64,000 nucleotides of DNA from Cyanobium sp. (GTDB lineage Bacteria; Cyanobacteriota; Cyanobacteriia; PCC-6307; Cyanobiaceae). The position numbers were made by a program, and so were the translations under genes. Each line of letters begins with the position of its first letter. Position 1 is the stretch's first letter. The stretch is from assembly GCA_044233545.1 (NCBI GenBank), contig JBIIJV010000001.1, positions 3,263-67,262 of the forward strand, written 5' to 3'. Under the pieces are notes generated by a model, which was not told the origin of the DNA, ran no database searches, and saw nothing but the letters and a program-made list of their open reading frames with translations. This document shows, piece after piece, positions 50,271-58,082 of the stretch.

Positions 50271-50958
50271 GCAGACTCTCGCGCGTCGTTCGGCGTGTCA
50301 GTGGGTTCCAGCAGTCGAGCTCCTTGAAAGAGCGGCCAAGTAGAGAGGCGCGCAGGGCGTCTAGGTAGATGGCACCTGAAAAGTCAGCCCCGCGAATGGA
50401 GCCAGCGCTGCTCAAATCAACGTTGTTGAGCTCTGCATATCGGAAATCTACGTAGTCAAGCTGGCAGTTTAGGAATCGAGTCTCTTCACACAATGCACCT
50501 CTCAATAGGGCATGGCGTAGATCCGCTCCAGCCAGTCGCGCGCCCCGTAGGCAAGCACCAGAGAGATTGGCTCCGCTGAGATAGGCGCCCATTAACGATG
50601 CTCCTTCCAGATCCATGCCGGAAATATCAGCACTGTTGAGAAAGGCCCCATTAAGTCTTGCTTGCGGGCCGATCGCCCCACAGCCTCGGAAATCGAAACC
50701 TTGGGGCCAAATTGTGTGACTGTCATAGCGAGCCAATCGTAGATCTGTGCCTTCAAGTCGGCAGCTTTGAAGGTCAACACCCCTAAGGTCTACTCGGCAT
50801 AATCGCGCCTTGGAGAGATCTAGCTCGCTAAGTTGTAGGTTGCGCCAATCGGCTCCCCTGGCATCAAATGTGCCTTTATGACGATTGACAGGGGGTTTCT
50901 GCTGTTCGGGGTTGGTGCGCTCAAAGAAGAGCGAAGTGATGGGGGGAGCTGACGTCAT
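50263..50958 (-). CDS. Pentapeptide-repeat protein
   Basis: Runs of A(D/N)LxG-type pentapeptides ([27 protein letters not shown]...). 8-nt overlap with the longest hemH ORF. Confidence 0.85.
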   Translation of the reverse strand: MTSAPPITSLFFERTNPEQQKPPVNRHKGTFDARGADWRNLQLSELDLSKARLCRVDLRGVDLQSCRLEGTDLRLARYDSHTIWPQGFDFRGCGAIGPQARLNGAFLNSADISGMDLEGASLMGAYLSGANLSGACLRGARLAGADLRHALLRGALCEETRFLNCQLDYVDFRYAELNNVDLSSAGSIRGADFSGAIYLDALRASLLGRSFKELDCWNPLTRRTTRESLHG

Positions 50959-51064
50959 GATATCTGGATGGTTGATTTGTGCTTGGTTAATGGCATCGGC
51001 TTTGTATTTATCGACTTAGGCTGACTTGCTGATGCTTGAGCTATAAATGGCGTACCCAATGAGT

Positions 51065-51664
51065 TCATAGCAGAACCTCAGTGGCTGAGTTGGATCGTTG
51101 GTTCAACTGTTGAATCATCTGCTCAAGGTGCAGCAGGCCCTCTCCTAAAAGGGATGCATCACTTGGGCTTGCATAGTTAGAATAGTGTGAAACTGCCTCA
51201 GTTTTTAGAAAGCCTATCGCCAGAGCCATGCTGTTGATTGGTACCCCTAATTCCCAATACAAATCACGCAGACCCCGTACTCCGGGAGGATGGGAGAAAA
51301 TTGGGCGTCTCGCCGCAACTGCATAGATCGTTACTCTAAGAAAGTGCCAACAGTCGCGCCAACATGCTTCCGCTCTTGTCCCAGGATAAAGTGCACCACC
51401 GGGCCGAACTAAACCTGGATCTTTGCGAAGTAGTTGACTCTTGGCAGAGGTAACAATTAGGGGAGTTTTTGACTGAAGCCGTTGTAGGTTCTCAGCATTG
51501 ACAGTAGAGAAACTACAGATGATGCCCAATTCATCATCGCTTAATGCACGAGCCTCCGCATCTGCTTGCTGAAGTATTGCACGAATAGCTGGCGGCAGAG
51601 ATTGATCGTGCACCAAACCGAGTATGCGCGCTTTGGCTGTCAGCTGTCTTAGTCGTTCGTCCAT
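51065..51664 (-). CDS. Phycobiliprotein-fold paralog (allophycocyanin-like, AplA-type) retaining the Cys-84-equivalent
   Basis: PGGALYPGTRAEACWRDCWHFLRVTIYAVAA aligns by eye with Cpc[32 protein letters not shown] in this same window. Confidence 0.7.
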   Translation of the reverse strand: MDERLRQLTAKARILGLVHDQSLPPAIRAILQQADAEARALSDDELGIICSFSTVNAENLQRLQSKTPLIVTSAKSQLLRKDPGLVRPGGALYPGTRAEACWRDCWHFLRVTIYAVAARRPIFSHPPGVRGLRDLYWELGVPINSMALAIGFLKTEAVSHYSNYASPSDASLLGEGLLHLEQMIQQLNQRSNSATEVLL

Positions 51665-51668
51665 GGGA

Positions 51669-52280
51669 TCATTCTGGGCCCAGCCGTTTTATGTCATCGT
51701 CACTTGCGGTGACTTGAAGTATGTTGTTATTAGAGTCTGGATCATAATCGAGCACGGGCGTAGCAACCAGGTGGCCGTGACGTTCCAAGTAAAGCGCCCA
51801 GGCAACTTTTCCGGCAATACCTGGGCAGTTTAGTAGAACAGAATTTACCAGGTCTGAGCTTAGGCCAAGAGCACGCAAGAGCATCTTGCAATCATCTTGA
51901 CTGTTTACAGACGCAGGGCGAATTGCTGCTCCTACGACCCAGCCTAGCGATGTGTCTTCAAGGGGTCCAGTGGAACTCAAGCAAGCCAATAGGAGATTTG
52001 CTCCCTTCCCAGCGATTTGCCTATGCTCTAATCTCCATAGCTCAAGATTATGTGGGTTTAGGGAAATCCGAAATCCGGGCTGACTGGCGTCAGGGGTAAC
52101 CTCGTCTTGGCCTTGATGGGAATTGATAAGAGCATTGAGCTGGCTAAGGGGATCGCTCATTGCAATTCTCTTTGCAGGAAGAAGATCTTCATCCAGCTCG
52201 TTTTCCCAAGGATGGTAGTCAGAGCAATCGCTTCGGCCATCAGTTGAGTCCATCTTTGACGTGATTGACGATGAACCCAT
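51669..52280 (-). CDS. Hypothetical protein; its stop lies 4 nt upstream of the AplA-like gene's start codon
   Basis: 203-aa ORF (alternative ATG at 52160). Its stop is 4 nt before the next start. No family recognised. Confidence 0.5.
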   Translation of the reverse strand: MGSSSITSKMDSTDGRSDCSDYHPWENELDEDLLPAKRIAMSDPLSQLNALINSHQGQDEVTPDASQPGFRISLNPHNLELWRLEHRQIAGKGANLLLACLSSTGPLEDTSLGWVVGAAIRPASVNSQDDCKMLLRALGLSSDLVNSVLLNCPGIAGKVAWALYLERHGHLVATPVLDYDPDSNNNILQVTASDDDIKRLGPE

Positions 52281-52321
52281 TGTTCAATCGTAGAAGGTAG
52301 TTTATTAATGCGAATCCCATT

Positions 52322-53080
52322 TTATTGTCCTCCAGTGCTCAGCATGGCAGCTGCAATCCAGAGCACGAGTCCCGTGATCACAAAACCACCGGCCGCCACT
52401 GTATTTTGCCAGAGCTTACGAGCCCATGGTGCGGGGGCGTCGGCGAGCCAGGCCGGTCGTTGGCTGATGGTGTCCTCCCAGAGCAACTTGGCTGGAGCTC
52501 GCTTGGCGGCTTTGTCCCTCCAGCTGCTGTCGTAGCGGGGGGCCTGCTGGTTGAAGGGCATGGTGCCCAATGCTTGGCCCGGTAAAGTACGCGTCCTTTG
52601 ATAGGGTACGGTATTGTATCCAAATGTATCCATGTATTCGTCCGAATTTAGGAGTGAATCAATAAATGCTCCGAGACCATGTTCGGCGATCAAAATGGAG
52701 TAGGCGAGCCGCTCATGATTTCCGTGTACAGGACGTCCCAGGACCCGGTTCACTACCTGCTCAACCATGCGGTAGTTGCTGTTGCAGCGGTAGAAATCGT
52801 CCCGGAACTTGCGAGACAGTAGTAGACCCCGCACAAAATCTCGCATCGTGATCTGGCCGTTCTGCAGCTGTGATTCAAGCGCTGGCTCACGATCGACTTT
52901 GAAGGCGTGAAAGAAGATCTGTCTGTAGGCCTGTTCAATCTGGCTCTCAACGTTTCCTTTGCCACTGAGCTGACCGTTTCCTGACTGGAACGCACGGCTG
53001 TCCTGATCTTCCGGCGCCAGAAAGCTGTTTACCCGCGCATTCATGGTAACCAGTTTTGTGGTAAGAAGCGGAAGGGGCAT
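52322..53080 (-). CDS. cpcG: Rod-core linker CpcG-type with hydrophobic C-terminal tail (CpcG2/CpcL-like)
   Basis: QAYRQIFFHAFKVDRE, MVEQVVNRVLGRPV, FGYNTVPYQR. The C-terminus is VAAGGFVITGLVLWIAAAMLSTGG. Confidence 0.85.
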   Translation of the reverse strand: MPLPLLTTKLVTMNARVNSFLAPEDQDSRAFQSGNGQLSGKGNVESQIEQAYRQIFFHAFKVDREPALESQLQNGQITMRDFVRGLLLSRKFRDDFYRCNSNYRMVEQVVNRVLGRPVHGNHERLAYSILIAEHGLGAFIDSLLNSDEYMDTFGYNTVPYQRTRTLPGQALGTMPFNQQAPRYDSSWRDKAAKRAPAKLLWEDTISQRPAWLADAPAPWARKLWQNTVAAGGFVITGLVLWIAAAMLSTGGQ

Positions 53081-53370
53081 CGGCGCACGAAATCTGATTG
53101 ATTATCCAACGCCTGCAGGCTGCATCAGAACCGTCGTGACGAATCTACATCAAGCTTCATCCCATTGTTCTGGTCTAGCCGATAGCCTCCTTACTTGTGT
53201 CTGACACTCAAAGGCTCGCGAGTCTGGTTGCAGTTAGAAAGTCAAAGCTGGACTGGCCTTCATCGCTCCTAGAATCGATAGATCGTGTTTTGCCTTCCTG
53301 GCCGTAGCTAGGGCCTGGCGCGTCATTGCTTAAGTGAATGGCCCCTATCAAGCCTGCAGCAGGAATCAGG

Positions 53371-53396
53371 TAAAATAAAAGGCCCCGTAAGGGGCC
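53371..53396 (-). terminator. Rho-independent terminator of cpcBA
   Basis: On the minus strand: GGCCCC-TTAC-GGGGCC followed by TTTTATTTT, ~45 nt after the cpcA stop. Confidence 0.7.
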
Positions 53397-53438
53397 AAAG
53401 CGAAAATCGACGCGGATCCTGCAACACCTGATCTGGGA

Positions 53439-53927
53439 TCAGATGAGAGCGTTGATAGCGTAATCGATGTAATTATTGGCGATGTTGCCGGGATCACCTG
53501 AAATGCCGTGGTTGGCTTTGATATAGTTAAGGGCTTCGACGTACCAGGAGGGTGATAGTTCGAATGCGCGGTTGATTTCATCCAGGCCAGCGATGAGGTA
53601 TTCATCGATGGGGCCGGTTCCACCAGCCACTAGACAGTAGGTGATTTGACGGAGGTAGTAACTGATGTCACGAGCACACTTGGCTTTGCCTCGTGCGTCC
53701 GATGCATAGTTGCTCCCTTGCATCTGGGTGGTGTAAGGGAACTTGGTATAAACGGCTTGAGCAGCGCCATTGACCAGTGCATCGGCTTTGGCGTTGAGTG
53801 CTTTTGCGGCCTCAAGGGCATTCTTAGCCCGCTCAAAGCGACCAAAGGCGGCGTTAAACTCGGTTTGAGACAGCAAGCGGCCCTGAGAATCAGCGGCGGC
53901 TACAGCCTCGGTGAGGGGGGTCTTCAT
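53439..53927 (-). CDS. cpcA: Phycocyanin alpha subunit (C-PC or R-PC)
   Basis: [55 protein letters not shown]. 162 aa. Confidence 0.95.
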   Translation of the reverse strand: MKTPLTEAVAAADSQGRLLSQTEFNAAFGRFERAKNALEAAKALNAKADALVNGAAQAVYTKFPYTTQMQGSNYASDARGKAKCARDISYYLRQITYCLVAGGTGPIDEYLIAGLDEINRAFELSPSWYVEALNYIKANHGISGDPGNIANNYIDYAINALI

Positions 53928-53995
53928 TGTAGTGGAGAAAGGAGAAGTTGAATAGTATCAAGAAAGCTGAAAGACCGAATGCAAGATTCAGTGAA

Positions 53996-54514
53996 TTAGC
54001 TGACTGCAGCGGCTGCGCGGTCGAAATAGGTGCCCACTTCGGACATGAGGGCTGTGCAATCACCGGAGGTGATGCCGTTGCGATCATTGGCGATCGAAAT
54101 TGCAGCATCCTTCATCTTACGGACACCTTCTCCGACGGACGCGCCGGGCACGCCGAGAGCGAGATATGTTTCACGCAAGCCATTAAGGCAACGGTCTTCT
54201 AGCACCGAAGCGTCGCCGGCAAAGATCGCGTATGTGATGTAGCGAAGGATAATTTCCATGTCGCGCAGGCAGGCAGCCATGCGGCGACTGGTGTAGGCGT
54301 TGCCGCCAGGTGCGGTCAAGGAGGGTTGCTGGTCGAATAATTCGCGAGCAGCGTTGGTAACAATGGCGGATGCACTAGAGGTGATCCGATTGACAGTGTC
54401 TAGGCGCTTGTTGCTCTCAGCAACCATCGATGCTAGGGCATCGATCTGGCCAGAGCTGATGAATTCGCCGCGGGCATCAGCCTGGGCAACGACCTTGGTG
54501 AAGGCGTCGAACAT
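53996..54514 (-). CDS. cpcB: Phycocyanin beta subunit
   Basis: [61 protein letters not shown]. 172 aa. Confidence 0.95.
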   Translation of the reverse strand: MFDAFTKVVAQADARGEFISSGQIDALASMVAESNKRLDTVNRITSSASAIVTNAARELFDQQPSLTAPGGNAYTSRRMAACLRDMEIILRYITYAIFAGDASVLEDRCLNGLRETYLALGVPGASVGEGVRKMKDAAISIANDRNGITSGDCTALMSEVGTYFDRAAAAVS

Positions 54515-54687
54515 TGAGGAGCTCCATGGACCTGACGGTCGATGTCAGGAAGTGGTTAGGGGGGAAGGGGTGTGATCGCCTACGCGATGCACGGGGTGAA
54601 TGGCTGGTCACCAGTCAAGGCACCCAAACCGCTTCAGCCCTCGTATTATTATTGCCCGCACGGCTCCCCCGATAGATACTTAATAAA

Positions 54688-54745
54688 CGGTCACCGTGTC
54701 GCCTAAAGGCATTGCAGCGCAATGCTTTGGGCGACACGGTGACCG
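54688..54745. repeat. 58-nt near-perfect palindrome (16-bp perfect arms CGGTCACCGTGTCGCC / GGCGACACGGTGACCG around a 26-nt, itself near-palindromic, centre)
   Basis: Read directly. Lies ~175-230 nt upstream of the cpcB start, in an ~860-bp stretch with no convincing gene. Confidence 0.85.
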
Positions 54746-55374
54746 CTCACCTGCCTGGGCCATTTGGAGCACTGTCAAGTAGGGCGACAGCATCGGGCTC
54801 TGATCGCTTTAATGGTGGTTCCCATGGCTTCGGCTGGACTACTAACCGGGATGATGTCATGGCGCTGGAGCCGGAACACGCTCCGGGTAGGCAGGGAGTA
54901 TTTGCCGCTGCCTGGGAGCTGACCTTGTCGCCCGGAGTAAGCGTTAAGGGTCAGGATTGCCCAGCCGAGCGCACAGGGCTGCAGCAGGAGCTTTTGGGCC
55001 ACCGATTTCTTTTGCTTGACCCTTCCGGAATCGTTCTAAAGAGCACCTCGAATAATCGGCACATAATATAAGTCTTGTGGGCATAAAAACGCCGCCAGCG
55101 AGGCGCCTGTGCAAGAATATATTACATCAACTATTGACGAGCTCCCTAGAACTGCGGAACTTCTATGAGTGATTCATGCAACCACTGCTACGTGGTCAGA
55201 GTGCTGGAGCAAACGGACCCACTGTTGGCATGAAAATTCATCGTCCAATCATCATTGAAATCATGCCGGAATCAATCGCCTTGTTGATTTTTCGAGGTCT
55301 TCTATAGCCGTTGCCTGGCTCACCGTCCCTCAGCCGATACCATCCTGCAGAACCCCTCTGCTCTGGGCTCTGCG

Positions 55375-55824
55375 ATGGCCGCCCAATCCCCACCAGCCCA
55401 AACTGCACTCCAGTTGCAGCGCCGCCTAGGTGAGCAACTCCTGGGCCTAAGCCAGGTATCAGAGGCGTTGATGTTCCGCCTGCTCGAACTTGAGGAACGG
55501 CTGGGGGCTGTGGAGGAGCAGCTAGCCGGCTTGAACGACCGCGATAATCAGACTACCCCTCGCCTGCGGATGGAGACCAGCGAGATTCTGGCCCTCACCG
55601 AGGCGCGGCTAGCCCGCCTGGAGGACCAGCTCGGCGGTAGCCGCTTACTGCTTGGTGGCTCCGGCGGCCCTGGGCATAACTCTAACTTCGGCGAGTTCGC
55701 AGGCCCCCAGGCCGGGATCAAGGGGGGGATCAGGGCTGGGGTGACCCCGGCCTTTCGGGAGGCGGCCTTTGATCCCTTCCCAAAAGAGGTGGAACAGGCC
55801 TTCATGGACGACCTGATCGCTTGA
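55375..55824 (+). CDS. Hypothetical coiled-coil protein (149 aa)
   Basis: Heptad-like LLELEERLGAVEEQLAGL and LTEARLARLEDQL. High GC, like the backbone. Confidence 0.5.
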   Translation: MAAQSPPAQTALQLQRRLGEQLLGLSQVSEALMFRLLELEERLGAVEEQLAGLNDRDNQTTPRLRMETSEILALTEARLARLEDQLGGSRLLLGGSGGPGHNSNFGEFAGPQAGIKGGIRAGVTPAFREAAFDPFPKEVEQAFMDDLIA

Positions 55825-55876
55825 TGATCAAGGGCGCCTGAGCCCCAGATCGCCTGAACTCCAATGCGCCTGAACG

Positions 55877-56470
55877 TCAGTCTCCGAGCCAGTCCCTCGG
55901 CAGTTCGGCGCTGTAGTCGTGGGTGCGCTCGAATTCAAAGGGGCCAGCTAACGAGCCCCAAAGTTGCTCGTGGCTGCGGGGGTCGTGGCCCTGGTCGATC
56001 GTGCGCATGCCCTGGCCATCGAGCTCGAAGCTGCTGATCAGGTAGGCGGTGGCACCCTTGCGTTCCACCAGACAGCGACAGCCCGGTTCCACCTCGCCGA
56101 TGAAGCCGTTGGTGGTTTCTTTCACCATGTAGGTGCACCCCTCGAGCAAGCGCAGGTCATCGGAACGGATCTGCCGGCGCCGTTCGGCGTCCTCCACCGC
56201 GCCCCAGAAGCGTTCTCCCTTGCCGATGGCCTGGTTGTGGATCACCAGGCTGTCACTGCGTTGCTCCACCCGCAGCACCCGGATGCGGTAGGGGCGGCCT
56301 GGATCAATCGAGTAGCACTGCTCCAAAAGCAATGATCCAGGGGCCAACTGGGGCAGGGGCCGGAACTTCACCAAGATGTGGGCGAAGAGGGGCGGGTTTT
56401 CGAAGGCTTGGTGCTGGTTGCTGAAGCCGGCGCTCAACTGGCGCAGCAGGCGGGCGGAGGGGCTACTCAT
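55877..56470 (-). CDS. cpcT: T-type phycobilin lyase CpcT/RpcT
   Basis: LSAGFSNQHQAFENPPLFAHILVKFRPLP, YRIRVLRV, GEVEPGCRCLVERKG. Confidence 0.85.
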   Translation of the reverse strand: MSSPSARLLRQLSAGFSNQHQAFENPPLFAHILVKFRPLPQLAPGSLLLEQCYSIDPGRPYRIRVLRVEQRSDSLVIHNQAIGKGERFWGAVEDAERRRQIRSDDLRLLEGCTYMVKETTNGFIGEVEPGCRCLVERKGATAYLISSFELDGQGMRTIDQGHDPRSHEQLWGSLAGPFEFERTHDYSAELPRDWLGD

Positions 56471-56571
56471 GGCCGGATCCTATGGGCTGCGGCGTTCCGG
56501 CATCGGAGCTGAGGCTGGAAACGCAGAACTTAGCAACTGGCAGCGATCCAGGCCCAACCAGATGGCCCCGC

Positions 56572-56811
56572 CTAGAGACCCAACAGCCGGATGCGGAACT
56601 CGGCCACCTGGCGGGCCATGGCCGGGTTGGTCAGCACGAAGGGATGGTCGGCGCAATTTATCAAGATTAGGTCAAGCTTGTCGCTGCTGGTCAGGACGTG
56701 GATGGGGTTTTCGGCGGTGTGGCGCTTCCAGGCCTCATCGAAAACCATGCCAAAGCTGTCGGCGTTATCGAATAGCTGGTTGCTGCTGGCCTCCGGTCGT
56801 GGAGAACGCAT
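56572..56811 (-). CDS. Small hypothetical protein (79 aa from ATG 56811)
   Basis: The 115-aa ORF in the track reads through the tRNA gene. Only the part downstream of the tRNA is plausible as coding. Confidence 0.3.
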   Translation of the reverse strand: MRSPRPEASSNQLFDNADSFGMVFDEAWKRHTAENPIHVLTSSDKLDLILINCADHPFVLTNPAMARQVAEFRIRLLGL

Positions 56812-56831
56812 GACCCGTGGGGCGTTATGAA

Positions 56832-56904
56832 TGCCAGGACCCAGATTTGAACTGGGGACACGGCGATTTTCAATCGCCTGCTCTACCAACTGAGCTATCC
56901 CGGC
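56832..56904 (-). tRNA. tRNA-Phe (anticodon GAA), no encoded CCA
   Basis: Minus strand: GCCGGGATAGCTCAGTTGGTAGAGCAGGCGATTGAAAATCGCCGTGTCCCCAGTTCAAATCTGGGTCCTGGCA. Cloverleaf arms pair, anticodon loop TTGAAAA, T-loop GTTCAAATC. Confidence 0.9.
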
Positions 56905-57632
56905 CCGTCGCTGACGCAACTTTGAGATCTTAGATCACAGCTAGTCCGCAGTCCTTGGCTTCGTTCTCGCCTGGCCGGAGTGCGGGCCAGGCAGATCAGT
57001 CCAAGCACCTGCCAGCCGCCTGCCTCAAGGGCCGCGCCAGCGCTCAGGGCCGTTGATCCCGTCGTCAGCACGTCATCCACCAGGAGCAATGTACGGGGAC
57101 TGCGACGGCGGAATCGGGCCCTGCAGGAAAATGCTCCTTCCTGGTTAGCGAGCCGCAGGCGGCGTCCCAGGTGGTGTTGCCCCAACACCGGTCGGGTTCT
57201 CTCCAACAGATCGCGGCGCTCCAGGCCCAGCTGGTGACCTAGCTCTTGGCAAACCAGAGGCGGTAATGGGTTGCCAGGCAGTTTCCAGCTGGGAATAGGC
57301 ACCAGCAGAGGGCCTTCCCCCTGGCAGTGTAAGGAAGGAGTCATGGTGGCTACCAGGGCAGCCACGCTCTGGCGGCAGGGTTGGCGCTTCAGATCGAGAA
57401 CCAGGCCCCGCAGCCCGGCTCGATAGGGTCCAGCCCCCCACCAGGGCAGGGGATCGAGGCCTTGAAAGCCATCGGTGGGTAGATCCAGATGCTTGCGGCA
57501 GCCTTGGCAGATTGCCCCTGGAGCCCCTGGGCCGCCGAGGGGCCGCCGGCAGAGTGGGCAGGGTTTGACGAACAACTTTTCCCAGTGATCGCGGGCCAGT
57601 TGGCGCAGGCCCATTAGCACGGGAGATCCCAT
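56895..57632 (-). CDS. comF: ComF-family phosphoribosyltransferase-fold protein
   Basis: N-terminal Cys pairs (CPLCRRPL...CQGC) and the PRTase motif LLLVDDVLTTGSTA. The last codons overlap the 5' end of tRNA-Phe by ~10 nt. Confidence 0.8.
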   Translation of the reverse strand: MGSPVLMGLRQLARDHWEKLFVKPCPLCRRPLGGPGAPGAICQGCRKHLDLPTDGFQGLDPLPWWGAGPYRAGLRGLVLDLKRQPCRQSVAALVATMTPSLHCQGEGPLLVPIPSWKLPGNPLPPLVCQELGHQLGLERRDLLERTRPVLGQHHLGRRLRLANQEGAFSCRARFRRRSPRTLLLVDDVLTTGSTALSAGAALEAGGWQVLGLICLARTPARRERSQGLRTSCDLRSQSCVSDGPG

Positions 57633-57657
57633 GATTGGAGACTATGTGGGGGGATCC

Positions 57658-57930
57658 CTAAGGGTTCCCAGGCATCGACCGCAGCATGGCAATCAAGGTG
57701 CGGTGGGCGTCCTCGCTGTCGCTCAGGGTGTGGTCAAAGGGCACCTCGACGGAGTGGCCATCGACCTCCAAACACATGGCATCTGGACCCACTGCCAGCA
57801 TCCTGGCTGCCTGGGCCGTGGGCAGGCCTGCGTAATGGTGGGCATAGGCCAGGACGGCTTCGGCATGGTCGTTGTTCATGTGGGCGCAGATTCTCTCGCT
57901 CACGGCGGGGGTGATGGGGTCAGCGGCCAT
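57658..57930 (-). CDS. DUF2470-like small protein (90 aa)
   Basis: From ATG 57930: ICAHMNNDHAEAVLAYAHHYAG... resembles the DUF2470 signature (HMN.DH....L). The upstream part of the ORF-track ORF is a GC-rich artefact. Confidence 0.55.
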   Translation of the reverse strand: MAADPITPAVSERICAHMNNDHAEAVLAYAHHYAGLPTAQAARMLAVGPDAMCLEVDGHSVEVPFDHTLSDSEDAHRTLIAMLRSMPGNP

Positions 57931-57962
57931 AGCAAATGAAACGGGGCTGCCTGATTCTGGAT

Positions 57963-58082
57963 TCAGCTGGCCCCAAACCGCTCGATCAGAAGCAAGGCGA
58001 GGTGGATGGCGCTGTAGCCGACGTAGCCGGCCAACACCACAAACAGCCCCATGGCCAGGATGGAGCGCAGGTTCAGGTTCAT
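57963..58082 (-). CDS. Unannotated 39-aa hydrophobic peptide whose start overlaps the kinase stop (ATGA)
   Basis: MNLNLRSILAMGLFVVLAGYVGYSAIHLALLLIERFGAS. Its ATG overlaps the TGA of the FGGY kinase gene (ATGA). Below the ORF-track length cutoff. Confidence 0.45.
   Translation of the reverse strand: MNLNLRSILAMGLFVVLAGYVGYSAIHLALLLIERFGAS

Noticed and set aside
54712-55071. 119-aa (+) and 75-aa (-) ORFs upstream of cpcB.
   Set aside because: They are mutually antisense. The 119-aa ORF starts inside the 58-nt palindrome. No family resemblance, so treated as non-coding pending expression data.
56812-56919. N-terminal part of the 115-aa ORF 56572..56919.
   Set aside because: It is simply the translation of the tRNA-Phe gene (…GIAQLVEQAIENRRVPSSNLGP…).
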